From Laetmonice hystrix (taxonomy: Eukaryota), in the NCBI GenBank assembly GCA_965235115.1, contig OZ249436.1, positions 3,226,001-3,290,000 on the forward strand: a stretch of 64,000 nucleotides of DNA. The letters run 5' to 3'. This document shows, piece by piece, positions 11,890 through 25,100 of the stretch. Made by a program: the position numbers and the translations under genes. The number at the start of each line of letters is the position of its first letter. The first letter of the stretch is position 1. The notes under the pieces were generated by a model. It was given only the letters and a program-made list of their open reading frames with translations. It had not been told where the DNA came from and made no database searches.

Positions 11890-14800
11890 TGGCGGCACAC
11901 CCCTAGAGAATTTCTATGTAATCACACTGTTATCCACCATACCAGGGATGTAGAGTGACGTGAACAGGAAGCCACGGACAGCGAGATACGATTACCTTTT
12001 TTCCAGCGGGTGATCAGTTTTGGAATGATAGTAGTGGCTATTTGTAAAGGTGTTGTGACTGGTTATATTCTATACTGTTGTCATATTGTCCTGTGGTGCA
12101 CACTTGCCACAAGGAGATGAACTCAGAGGATTTTTAAGAACTTTTGATGTATTGTTGCCAGTTGCAGCATTCATTGGACTGAGAGTACATGTGAAATGAT
12201 ACCAACCAACGCTTCTGATAGCTGCTGGTCAAACCCCATCGTTACTTGCTCAGCATCACAGAGACTGCTCACATCCGGACAGGCTAGCGAATTGTTCTTG
12301 TGGGACGTCAACATGTATGGAAGGTTCAGCATTGTCAGAAAGCTGCCAAACAACTCTCCCCAGGGAAAATAGATAATATCTATGAAAATAGATAATATCT
12401 ATGAAAATAGATAATATCTATGTGTACTCTAGCATCAGCAGCAGCAGTCGATACCATCGTCAGCAACAGTCTACATTCACCCCACAAGTCGGCTACAGAC
12501 ACGTCCACGAAGCAAGCAAGCCACCTTCAGTATCTCAACATATTTTTGTATGCATGGCATGTATTCTTACTGAAGAAGGGGGAGAAAAGAAACTGAGAAA
12601 ATAATCAAAAATTAGCCACAAGATTGGCTCTTATTCACCAATGTATCTGAAGACTAAAGTTGTGGCGTTCGGGCGAAGTGAAGAAGTGAGGTCGGACAGG
12701 TTTTAAAGAACGTGAGAAGAGTTCGAGTGTGAACTGTTGACAAACCAGGATTGCATTGGTTGTCCCCTTGTATGTGCGTAATCGTTATTAAATGTAGAAG
12801 CCCGTATAAATATGCCGTTTTGATGAAGATAGTTAGATTATGTAAATAATACATCATATGTAACTTGCATGTTGTGTGAAGCCGACGTAGGAAAATTTAA
12901 ATTAAGTGAATCAAGGTCATGTGACTAGGCTGTTGTTATGGTAACACGTCATGCTTTATGTCACTTTCTTTGGTTAAAAGTTAGTGTTTTCTTGGGGGAA
13001 AAATGAATTGAAATGTATTAGGAATTATTATTTATTTTACGTTTCTTTTTGAATTTAGGAAAAAAAATTGAAGCTGCTGCTCTTGTAATATAACTATTGC
13101 GTAGTACTGAAGTAATTTAGTGAATTTGAAGGTATTACCAATTAATTGACTATTTGATTGGTTAGTTGTATTAATTGGTGTTTGTATGTCACTCAGAGAG
13201 TGCCTATTGTTTTTGCTGGCACCAATTTCTAACTGGTGGTTCAGCGCGTCGTCCAAGCAGTGTTCAGTGTAGGAATTGACGGTAGTTTCACTGAACCAGG
13301 CATCGGTCCGAAGACTAGGACCTGCCAACTGCCCAAGCGCTCCAGTTTATCTAGTTTTATTGATGAAAAGGTTAACAAATACATACATATATTCATGTAT
13401 TTGTGTATATACACACTAATATTGGATGTATTATGTATGTAGAAGGGCCAAGGGCTGTAGGATATAACGCCCTTCATATATGCCTACTATAGGAGGAATA
13501 GTTGGCATAGCTTGTTGCACCAATAGTATGCAATGGATGTTTTAATCATATGAATACTAGTACATTTATTTAGTATTAAAAGTGATCATGGGTGGGAGAG
13601 AGTAACATAATTGAACACGTTGGTTGGGGAGCAGACATGGAGGCCCTGGGATTATATTTGTGGAATGCCCTGATAAATTTGTGTTCAAACATAAAAAACC
13701 TATCCTGTACTTGCGATTGCAACGACCAAAATTGTTGTTTGGTGGGGAGTTTTCATGCTTTTTGAAAGTGTTATATTTATATGAGGAAGAGAATATAATC
13801 AGACATTGTAAAGTTTAAGAGAAATCCCACAGGAAGCGCCCTCTGGCTATTAGGTAATGAACTAATATGTAAAAAGAAACCTTATATGACCTAGTGTTAC
13901 GTTATTTAAAAAACATTGGGATACACAAAAAATTGAACCCCTTATTATCATAATTGTTGAACCAATGTTTGACTGCAGGGATTTTGGAGTGTTTCCAAAC
14001 TAATTGGTAGCAAATTATGATATATGTATACGCTCTGGTTGGTCACCTATTTATAAGCACAAACTTGTACACAGAAAAAAATTTATATTGTATGTTGTGT
14101 CAAGTTTCACACACAGATTTATTAAGGAAACAAGAACCAGACTGGTGTGTCAGAGTTAAAGCTTGAAACTACGGTAAATACTAGAGTGACAAATGTGGAG
14201 CATATGTATTTTGCCATGCCTTCAACAAGCATGTGATTGTTTCACAGAGCACCGTTGATCGTTGTTGTTGAACTACCAACGTATAGAATATGCTCAAGGG
14301 ACTTTACAAGTTGGAGATATGCACTGCGTAGAATATTTTTCTACTGTTGACCTGTGGTGGATCTCGTTACCATATAGTGTTGTTTGAAAATTATCAATAT
14401 ATAGTATCCATGTATATGAATGCTTTGCTCAAGCAAGGCCAGAGTGGGCACACGTTTGTTTCTCCTATTTCTATTTTCCCCTTTATTATTTGAATGGATC
14501 ATATAGCTCTCGAAGCATCGACCTGTTGTTTGGTGTTATGTTATTATATACCCAGTTTTTGTTATTTAGATTTGACTGAACCTTTGTGGGGTTTCATGCT
14601 CTTATTGTGCTAAGAAAATGCGTCCAGCCTTGAATCAAAACTTTGCCTGAGTGTACATCTGCAACAACGAAATTAAAGTAATACAAGTAACTAACTATCA
14701 ACTAAAAAAAAAAATAAAAATAGGAATGACAAAAACACAATACATCTGTATATGGTCCTATGGTCCTAAGAAAACCTAGAAGACAAAACATATTAAAATC

Positions 14801-17426
14801 ACTGTACTAAGATTTCTTTTTCTTAACAAATAATTATTAGATTGATAAGGTCATATCGGAAAGCAGTGGGTGGGGTAGGGATGCTATGTTACAGGTGTAC
14901 AGCACTGGGTCGGGTAGGGATGTTGCAGGTGTATATACAGTAAAGAATCTTTCCTGGCTGGTTTCAACAGTATTGTTTGTATGAGTACCCCCAAAGATAA
15001 CTGGATGGCATCTCATTGTTTTGTGGACAATTTATTTTTGCATCTGGTAACATCTAGAGCCAACTATTTGAAGTATTTCTTAGGGAGAAAAAGAATGGTT
15101 TCAGAATAATTGTTCGCATCATAAGAGAATTTTAATTGACAATTTTGGTGAGAGAAAAGATGTGATGAATAAATGAAAAGGGCCCTGAAATTTTGATAAC
15201 AATCACTTTAATTTGGAGGACATAAATTTGATCTTTTATTCATAAAACCTGGACGTAGAAAGAATAATTGGAATGGAACTAGAAGAAGTAGAGTAGGAAT
15301 AAGTTGACATAAAACAGAGATGACTTGCAGTACATTTACCTCGTCCTCACTTCATTGGATCAATGGGTCGTCACCATGGTGACAAAGAGGCAGAGAACGA
15401 GATGGTCCTACCTCAAGGAAAGTGTAAGAGACACTAATACTTATACAACCAGGGATGTCGTGTTGACCTTTTAAACAAGATGGCACGAGCCGTAACGGAC
15501 CGGACATGGTGACGGTCAGAGAGGAGGGCCTACCTCAGAGGGGGTGGGGGTGGGTGTGGGGGTGGGGGGTAATAAACTCACATTCAAAGGCACCTCACGG
15601 ATAGGGGCGAACCCAACTGGTATTTGTAAACGTTGATAAGCTTTTTCTCGGCAGAATTCTCCAGTGCTTCCTATGTTAAACAGAAGTAAGAACAACAAAA
15701 AGAACTAAATTAAAAAATAAAAAATAAAATGAGAAAAATGAGAAGAAAAAACTGGTGCAAAGTTGAGAAAGCTGAGGCTGAAAATTGTTCTTATTAAACA
15801 GTATATTTTATCGGCATTTCTCTGAAATCACATAGATAATAGGAATTAGGTTGTTTAAGGTCCAGTGTAAAAAAAAAAGTTTTTATTTGTAACAGAATAC
15901 TGACGTATAACGGCATCTATCTGACATGGTATTTTCACAAATATACAAAGGAGCCCAGAATTAAAGGCCACGGGACGAAGTGTGAGAGGTAGAGGTTCTG
16001 TTTAAGTTTTGTATGACCGAGATAGGACCCCAGATAGCCGAGGTTTAGTCGGTGTTACATTGAATGTTGTTTAGGCAATGTTGCCAACCCTTTGATAACT
16101 TAACAAGTGAGACTTAGATGTGTCGGGTGCATACATCACAGCTTTTTGTAACTGTTTTATCATTACGGTTTGATTTGTTGATATATGAAATCGTTGTTAT
16201 ATGAAGTTCAGAAGGAAGAAAGGTAAATGAAAATATTTGTAAGTCAAACATCGCTTGAGAAAATCTATTGGCTGTCACTTCAATAACCTATCTTTGAGAC
16301 AACAGTATATCGAGTATGGTAAACACCCAGTGTTAAGTGTTTCATCAAATCTGGGACAAATAGATCCAATTTAAACAGAAAAATTTTACACAGTTTGTAA
16401 TAATTCCAGTTCCTTTAAACTCAACCTCTTTTTAAACAACACATCTATTTTGTTTTTTTTTAAATAAATGAAAAGTAGGACTGATAATTTAACCTGCCAG
16501 AGAATTTTTATTTTCATGTAATAATTGGGGAACTTTTTTTTATAGATTTTTTGGTTAACGGTATCACAGAAAGTTTGAGCCATTAGTATTTGAGATGATT
16601 AATTTAAACCTGTGTAAATTCACCTCCTTCCGTGACAGTCGACTATTTTCCGAGAGCGATGTTTAATGCCAAGCGTGTGTGTAAGAACTGTGCGCAAGAG
16701 TGTGTCATAACCCAAACAAATTCAAGACCCAGGTTGGTTTTTTTTTGGTCTCATTTACAAGTCATATAGAAACAGATATTTATTTACATTGACCTTTTAT
16801 TTTTGTTTTATGTGCAGGAAGTAGTTAGGTATTAGTGTGACTCGTATGTACTGATGTTGCATAAGCAATGGTCGTCTAGGTAGTAAGTAGAAACACCACC
16901 ATTTTCCCCCATTGTACTGGTATTGGTCAAACGATTCGTATCTTTCCCAATTCTGTATTGTATGCAACTATTGTAATTGCATTGAAAAGTACAGTATTTC
17001 TGTGTTTGCCAAGTGGGTAGTTTTTCATCAAGTCCATGCTGTCATCCCTCGCCCGATCCCATATTACAAACATACCCATTGCGAACAGTATTCAAAAGTA
17101 CCGAATGCCGATTTTCTTCCCTAAAGGAATAAAGGACCCAGAAAAAAACACTACCTTTAATTTTACGCTGATTGTTATCTATTCACTGTACACCGTTTCT
17201 TTTTCTATGGGAAATGTTCGCTTACTACGTCCGCAGTGAAAACGTGCCAATCATCCTTTATCCTTTTAGGAAAGAAAATCAGCATTTCATACATTTCGAT
17301 ATTTTTCACAGTGTGTCCCTTTAACAACCAACACAGTCTCGTATACAAGACAAGGCATAGCTCCATTCATCCATTACTTCTATATCAGACAACCAGACAT
17401 TTCACCTGGCAATACGAAATATTAGT

Positions 17427-17881
17427 ATTAAACACACACCACATTAGTTTGACATAACCTTGGCAGGATCAACAACATACCTTGCTCTCTAAACGGTCAA
17501 GTTGATTTATTAAACACACACAACATTAAAACTAAGTTTGACATAACCTTGGCAGGATCAACAGCATACCTAATATTGCTCTCTAAAAGGTCAAGTTGAT
17601 TTATTAAACACACACCACATTAAAACTAAGTTTGACATAACCTTGGCAGGATCAACAACATACCTAATATTGCTCTCTAAAAGGTCCAAGTTGATTTATT
17701 AAACACACACCACATTAAAGCTAAGTTTGACATAACCTTGGCAGGATCAACAACATACCTTGCTCTCTAAACGGTCAAGTTGATTTATTAAACACACACC
17801 ACATTAAAGCTAAGTTTGACATAACCTTGGCAGGATCAACAACATACCTAATATTGCTCTCTAAAAGGTCCAAGTTGATTT
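17427..17881. repeat. About 82-95-bp tandem array, 5 copies, intergenic
   Basis: unit tattaaacacacaccacatt...ggatcaacaacatacct...aagttgatt. Confidence 0.9.
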
Positions 17882-20800
17882 GGCAACAGAAAACATGAAA
17901 CAGAGCAATGGTGGCGCGATAAGAGTGTTGTATTTAGGCTACGTTGCTGATTAGATTTATTATTTCATTTCTTTCCGTCTTTAAAAATTCCAAGTATTAT
18001 TTTAGTGGCTATGATCTTCTCAGTCTGTTCCCCTTTTTTCATGAAGTTTCAAACAGAACATTTAAATTGCTGGTAAAGAGACTTTTGATATAAACAATAC
18101 AAGCTTATATTTCACCGAGAAATTCGCTCATTTTAAAAACTTCATTTTGATGATGGTGTGGTCCTTGACAAGTTATAGCGGAAGGGGTTTTTTGTGGACA
18201 ACACGCAAGGATAATCAGGGGATACAAACAGACTTTGTATGGACCCGTTTTCTTATATCAACTACGTTATTTAACCATGCAGTATTTTTAAAGTATTGGG
18301 CTGAAATAAGGGTATTAGAAATACCAACAGTGAAAAGAGGACTTTGTTCTGCTGAACCTGAACGTTTATTTGAGAGAAATATAGGAAGAAAATATCTAAA
18401 GACAAGCAAACGTCAGTAAGATACTTGCAAACTCCACAGTAGTACAGCGTACTATTCTATGCACTAGGCTAGAGTGCTATACTCTTGTGTCTAGATTCTG
18501 CTGCCGATCACAACAGATATCATCAGTGAAATCACCATGGGATGAAGCAAGGAACTAGCATTGAAACCACGGCAGATACAGTAGCGTTTGAAGGGTGAGA
18601 ATGACCACTAGTTTGAGGGAGAAATCCGTGGAAGTTAGGGGAGGAATGGCAAGCATTGTGTAAGTGCACTTGGTGGTTCGATGTAGTTTGCTACAGGAGT
18701 AAGGTCCCGTAGGCCTACCTCCATAGCTCTGTCAGTTGTACAGATGCAGGGACATGTAGTAGCCATTCGTTGTACGTGTAGTGTGACGTGCTTGTCATGA
18801 CTGACCGCACGTCATATATTGAGGTTGTATTGCCGGGCTAAGGACAGAACAGAGGCCTTGACCTTGAAACAATCGTGAATAGATCTCAGGTGACAATGTT
18901 AAAGACCAGGAAAATTTCAAAGGTGGTGCTTCAGACTGAATGACTTTGAAAGGGCAATGGGCCCGAGCGTGGTACCAGGGGTAAAGATAGGGAAAGAAAG
19001 GTGGTACCATGAGTAAAGATAGGGAAAGAAGGGGATATCATGCTATAGCAACAGTCATGAAGTATACTGAACACTAGAGAAAGAGTGCATTAAACGTAGG
19101 ACATAGTTTTAGGAATTGTCAGGGTTGCAAGGTCATAAACCAAGGTCCCAAAGATGCAAACATGACCTTGAGATAGGAAGGACATTGTAAGGATGTTACC
19201 CTAGCCTTTGAAATGATCCCTCGGTCAGGGACAAAGTTATATTTGTTAATATCAGTGATGATGGCGGTGTGGAGGGTACAGGAAGATACTGCCCCAACGG
19301 TTTGGTGCCTGAAAATGTTTGCGAAGTTTGTTAGTATTGTATTTCAACATATTTTTTAAGAAAACTGTATAGATAATGGCTTTACACAGGGAGCCACACA
19401 TTCTTCCATCTTAGTGACGTAGTAAGGTGGTACGTTGTGACGTCACCGATCTCGAGTCCTCACGATGTGGGAACGTTAGAAGCCGAGACACGACCTGGAG
19501 TTGGGTAACTAGACCCACGACTGACGAGTACAGGTCCGTTCAGGGTAATGAATATAATAATACATATAAACCATCATCAACTCTAGCCTTATAGGATGTA
19601 TCTTAGAGTAGAACATGTTTTCTATTGGTTTCAAATGCTGTTCTTTTGTAACTGTATTGTATATTAATGTGTATGACTATAACCATGATAAAAACACCTC
19701 TTCTACCCCCCCCCCCCCCTAAAAAAAAGAGAGAAAAAAAAGAGAAAAAAATGTTTACGAACGATTCATTTCATAAGACCAAGTAAGAAACTTTTTATTA
19801 GCAAGCAAGTTTTGTATGCTCTATTATTTTTCTTAGCTCTGTCGTTAAGACCAGTACTTTACGTACCTGTGTCGAGAATATGTTTTCTGTCAACTAATCC
19901 AGTCATGCAGGTTGGAAAAGGCCATGCGATTTTGTACGTAGGAAATTACTTTTTTTTTATCATTATAGTATGTCCAACCACATATTGTCGGGTCTGGGAA
20001 TAGACATGGAAAGACAACAGTTTGGGGACCCTTGCATCCGCTTCATGAAGGTCAGGACAGATGTGTGAGCTCTTGAAGTGAAGATTGTGTGATTTAGTAC
20101 CATTTATAATCTCAGAGCGAATGCAAAGAAAAACGACCTCGCTGTAAACGACTTGTGGGCCATCGCGGACCGCCTCTGACACATAGTTTACAACACACAC
20201 ACACACACATACACACACACCCAAACATATATCGAGACATAAGGAAGGCAAGAGAACCACACTTGCCTCATATCCCTGTGACTTTTTAGGTTGGACATGA
20301 GGAAAACACAAATCATAAATCATTGTAAACATTTATCATAATTTATTTAAACCCATATTTATCAACTGGCATACATGTATCATTTAGTGAATTCTGGTTG
20401 GTTGTTGTACGGCTATTATGGCCACAGTCAGTGCGTGTAGATGACCTGTGAGGTAGAAAACTTAGCAACCCCCTAATTCCTCCAACTTGTACTTTCAACT
20501 TTTCAAAAAAACAAATAAAAAAAATGGTCCAAAGCTCATGTTGACTTGTTAGAATTTATTTAAAGAATATCTTTAAGAGAACCCCCATATTTCTGAAATC
20601 AAAAGACCGAAGCTCACAAGATCCCGAAGTAAGGGTGTCATATGCATTCTGGTAAATCATGCGGCGCCATCTGGCGGGGTATGGATGTACTAACGTAAAG
20701 GGAGCCACAGTCGCTCCTCAGCGTTGAGTAACATACTGCAGTTTTATGGCTAATATTTTAAAGGTGTATTTACAGCTACTCTTAAATTTGTTTGCAAGGA

Positions 20801-21348
20801 GATGCTATGGAGATGGTGGAGGACAGACTACGTGTGCTGGAGGCCTAGATCCAGTAAGGGGCGGTCCATTTGATACGGAGGGGCCTATGGTAGGATAGAT
20901 AGGACTTACTTCCCTGAATCCAAATTTACACTGAAGTCGATTTTGATGAAAGTTGGACTTGCTTCCTTTTGTCATTGCACGGCAGTATAGTGTTATATTC
21001 GGCTCTACAAGTCTGGCCACAATAACAGTATGAGTCTAATTCTCCAGTCAATGACGTATCGCGCCACTTCTATAATAGGCCTACCAGGTCCGCTTTTCCT
21101 ACTGTGGGCCCCTTTCTAAAGTCGGACAAGATTACGCCATAAAAATCGCAGTCTATTTTAGTATTTCGCTTCGGGGTTCTGCAATCGGTGGTTAATGCAT
21201 GCCATTGGAAGAATGAACTATAGGACATATTTGATATAACCCCCTCCCCCTTACCTTCTCCTCTTAACCGAGGACCCCACCCCTCCCCCACCCCAACCTC
21301 ACCCCACCCCATCCCACCGGGCCCCCACCCTCACCCCACCCCTCCTTG

Positions 21349-21617
21349 CACTGGCGGATCCAGGATTTCACTAAAGGGGGGGCACAGAAAAGCAATTCAT
21401 GATTGTTTGCATTACTAATTAAAGCTCATGCTCTTGAATGAGAGTTTTAGAGGTATAGGTCTACATAATAGCTTGGGGTTTCCCGGAAATGCACCGTCAG
21501 TGTTAAAATAAATTAAAAATGTGTAGGCTATAGCCGTGTATAGGCCTATAAGCCTATAATTAGTGAAGCTAAAGGGGGGGCACGTGCCCCCTGTGCCCCC
21601 CTCTGGATCCGCCTTTG
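21349..21617. mobile_element. MITE with ggcggatcc termini
   Basis: cactggcggatccagg...ctggatccgcctttg inverted ends with internal poly-G/poly-C; flanks ccttg/gcttg; same family as 27444-27676. Confidence 0.7.
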
Positions 21618-22105
21618 GCTTGTATCCGACCTCATCTCGTCGGCCGACAACCGCTAGCAGACGACGCCCGCGAGTATATGAGTATGAGAGCGAGGCTCCA
21701 GTTAATGTGTACATAGTTACCTGGGATTGAGCGTAGGTATATATTACCTGTAGTGACACAAGACCAAACTCGCCACATAAAACTCTCAGATACAGTACTG
21801 ATATAGGCCTATATATAGGCCTACCTACCAGCTGTGGGTTCTGACATCCCTCTCTCCAAATCTTCTAAAAACAGCTGAAAATTCCAAATCACGCGTTCAC
21901 ATTTAGGGTACGGTACTACGTGCTGACAGGTGCGAACGCGGACGGATAAATTATACACACAGGTGTTGTGAGGCGATCGTCTACACAACAACAGTGCTAT
22001 GGTGTTGATAAACTGAAGTAACGTAAGCACCGGGATACGTGGTGTTAGCCAGAGATATACCAGTGGATATACACCGTGTAGGATCCATACACTCAGGCAG
22101 CCACG

Positions 22106-22152
22106 ATGGCCGTGTCTTCCACGGATGTCATCAAGTCCGTCTCAAAGAAACT
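22106..22152 (+). CDS. PLAT-ANK gene, putative first coding exon (MAVSSTDVIKSVSKKL)
   Basis: ccacgATGg start context; ACT|gtgagt donor; phase fits next exon. Confidence 0.55.
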
Positions 22153-25100
22153 GTGAGTATTTTATCATCTGTATTTGCAGTCAACACCTGTATGAGCCAA
22201 TGCTCAGGTACCTGTAGTGTATGAGCCAATGTGACCAGGTAGACCGCCAGCGTGGTGGAGACGAGGGGGTGATGATCGCGTATGCGCCCCCCCCCCTCAA
22301 AGATACATTTTACCCCATATAGAAATTTCACCCATTGACATTGATTTGATAAAGGGAGATAATATGTGCCCGGAGGAACCGCCTTTTGTTAACCTCTTAA
22401 ACGACGCCAAAACAACGTGTGTATAGGCACATTATGAACATGAGGTAGGCCTATACCTATAGGCCTACTAGTATATATCAATCCATCATATAATACATAT
22501 GTTTTTCTGTCTATGAATCAACCAAATGAAAAAATACGACGTAACGCCAGTATCGGCCTACCTGGAGTATACGTATCAGCTCTGACCTCATGAAGACGTT
22601 ATTCCATAGATCTACATCTGTTTGGTGTGATTAATTTAGGGCTGCGAGTCCGAGAAAAGGTTATCAAAGTTGCATTATGTTATTAACAAAATAAGAACAC
22701 TGGAAACTGCAAAGGCTGCCTTTGTGAACATTTACTGATTTAAACTGAATTGGAGGTAGAACTAGGCTAATTAGGGAATAATTATGAAGTATATAATTAA
22801 AGTTGTATCCCTAACTCTAACACACCTCTCAGTGAAGAATAGCGTTGTAACGTCATGTAATTCGTGACTGCAGAATGGAATTGTTGCTATATTATTAATG
22901 ATTTGATTTCATTTCCTCGATAACGCCTGCATGTATTGACCCATATAATTGAATCTGGTGAGTTCGCCAGGGTGGTGATTAAACAGTGGTTTCCTGTGGA
23001 TAGGGGTTTGTGGTGTGAGAGTATTAAGGCTCTCGATCACCTGGGGCATATTGAGGTGGGTAAGGGTGGTGTTTGAGGTACCAGGGGCCTGTCTTACTAA
23101 GGTCTGGTTATTAACGATATAGGTTATTTACATCAAGTCACAGACCAACTGGTTATTAACTAGTGGCCTGCAGTTTACTTCTATAGCCTAATAACCTAAC
23201 GATGATATCGTTAATAACCTTCGTGAGACGGGCCCCAGCTCTTCACACTTGGCTCCGTGTTATCAAACCTTATATCGGACAGTCCTGCTATATAGTACGT
23301 CTCCCACAGTATATAGTCGTACTGTGTTAGGCCTATACATACACAGACGCCTTTCCGGGGGTCGGGGGGGGGGGGGTCGGGATCGACTCCCCGCCTTGCT
23401 AAATACCCCCCAATTCTTTTATAGGTTGATATTAACGCACACCTTCGGCGCCCCCGATGTGGGGCTTTGACCGCCACATCCTTGAACACCGTGCACTCCC
23501 GTGCGAAAACTCCTGCACACGTGCCTGATAGGCCTATAGGAATAGGTCCCCTATAGGTGCCGACATGTGCTACCGGCCTAGACCCGTCCTTAAAACATAT
23601 AAGTAGGGCGTATACATATTGTACACTTGTAATGTTTAATGTGGTTGACAGCTCAATCTTAAACTACAAAGTCCGATTCCTCATATGAGAGGAGCATATT
23701 TATTGTTCCTTCGTCGGGAAAATATATAAGTTATATATTAGTACCTTTTGATGATCTGATGATGTTTACCAGTCGCCGACTCTCTGGGCCGTAGCCTGGC
23801 CCAAATACGCTGGGGGGGGGGGGGGGGGGCAGCCGCGTGATAGCGCCTCATTGCGCCGGTCGAGCTGGCCCGGGTAAAAAAAAACACAAAAAAACTGGAA
23901 ATCCCAGGAAGGCAGCTGCCCCCCCCCCCCAGGCTATACGGCCCTGGGACTCAGTAAAATAATAGCTGAAGACATGAGTATCTACTACCTCATTATGCTC
24001 CAACAATGCAACCTGATATGCTATAACTATTTCATTTTACTCTCAGCATAAATACCTAAAATCAAACCAATGTTTTTACATCTTTTGATTTTCAGGAAAT
24101 ACTATTTTGATATAAAGCGACTAGAAGATGGCTTTGACTTGTCTGGTGTCGACTGCCCAAGGTTGGATCACCCACAGGTTAAATCTGTAAGTCAATCAAC
24201 TTATCATTTCGGTCCTGTGTACCCATTGCCGTATTGTTTTTTTATAATATTTTCTTTTTAAACATTTCGTTTATTTCACCTGGAGGTGTTTTAGGTACAT
24301 AAATGGGGTACCGATTTTTAAACCGTCCAGTCCCCAGGCTTACATAACAGCGAGTTTAGGTATATAGATGGTTGGATACAACTAAAGTTATAGATGAGTC
24401 TTACTTTTGCTTAGATCAATTCAAGACCAACAATTACATAACCCTCAGCAGCCCGCTACCTCTCAAGTATAGGGCCTAGACCTCTCCTTTGGACTTTATG
24501 AAGAGCCTAGATTCTCCATACAGTGTTAAATGCATTGTGGTGCTGATTGGCTACGGAATTACCGCTTTATGAATATTGGAGAATAAAGTCTGAAAAGTTA
24601 TTTAGGGTTGAAATATTGACTGCTAAACGATCTCGTTTTTATATATTACATTGGCTAGATGATTAAAATACAATATAATATGTTATACTGCTACATTTCC
24701 AGGTTTTATCAGAGTAAAACATATGAATATCAAGTTGAAATGGTGTGTGAACCTGGTTCTTTCAGAGACCCACATTAATGTATGATGGACTCCATGACAG
24801 ACCTCTCAAACACTACTTCTCTCCCAAGGAGGTCCGGGTCTCTCTTACACAGTTTAAAACGGTAAGAACGTTAAAACCTTATTGTCATTGATTCGCTATG
24901 GTAGTGCTTTGCAAATTCCAGATTTACAGAAAAAACTTGTAGGCTTCCATGAAGTAATTGCAGTTTAGAAAGGTTCATTTTTCATCTGGACTGAAATTGC
25001 TAGAGCGTGCTCAGGTCTCTGAGCACATCAGGTTTGTGCTCCACAATATATGTTTAAAAGTAGGCTATAGCAGCTACACTTGAGACAGGGGAACATGAAC

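Noticed and set aside
17427..17881. Minus-strand AG|GTATGT donor in each unit, suggesting a hidden antisense gene
   Set aside because: No convincing minus-strand exon or ORF adjoins it; needs RNA data.
18420..19320. Possible decayed retroelement or coding fragment
   Set aside because: No RT, endonuclease or other recognisable motif; only short ORFs.
24703..24765. Alternative acceptor atttccag at 24702
   Set aside because: Gives a stop (VLSE*) in the required phase; 24766 keeps the frame.
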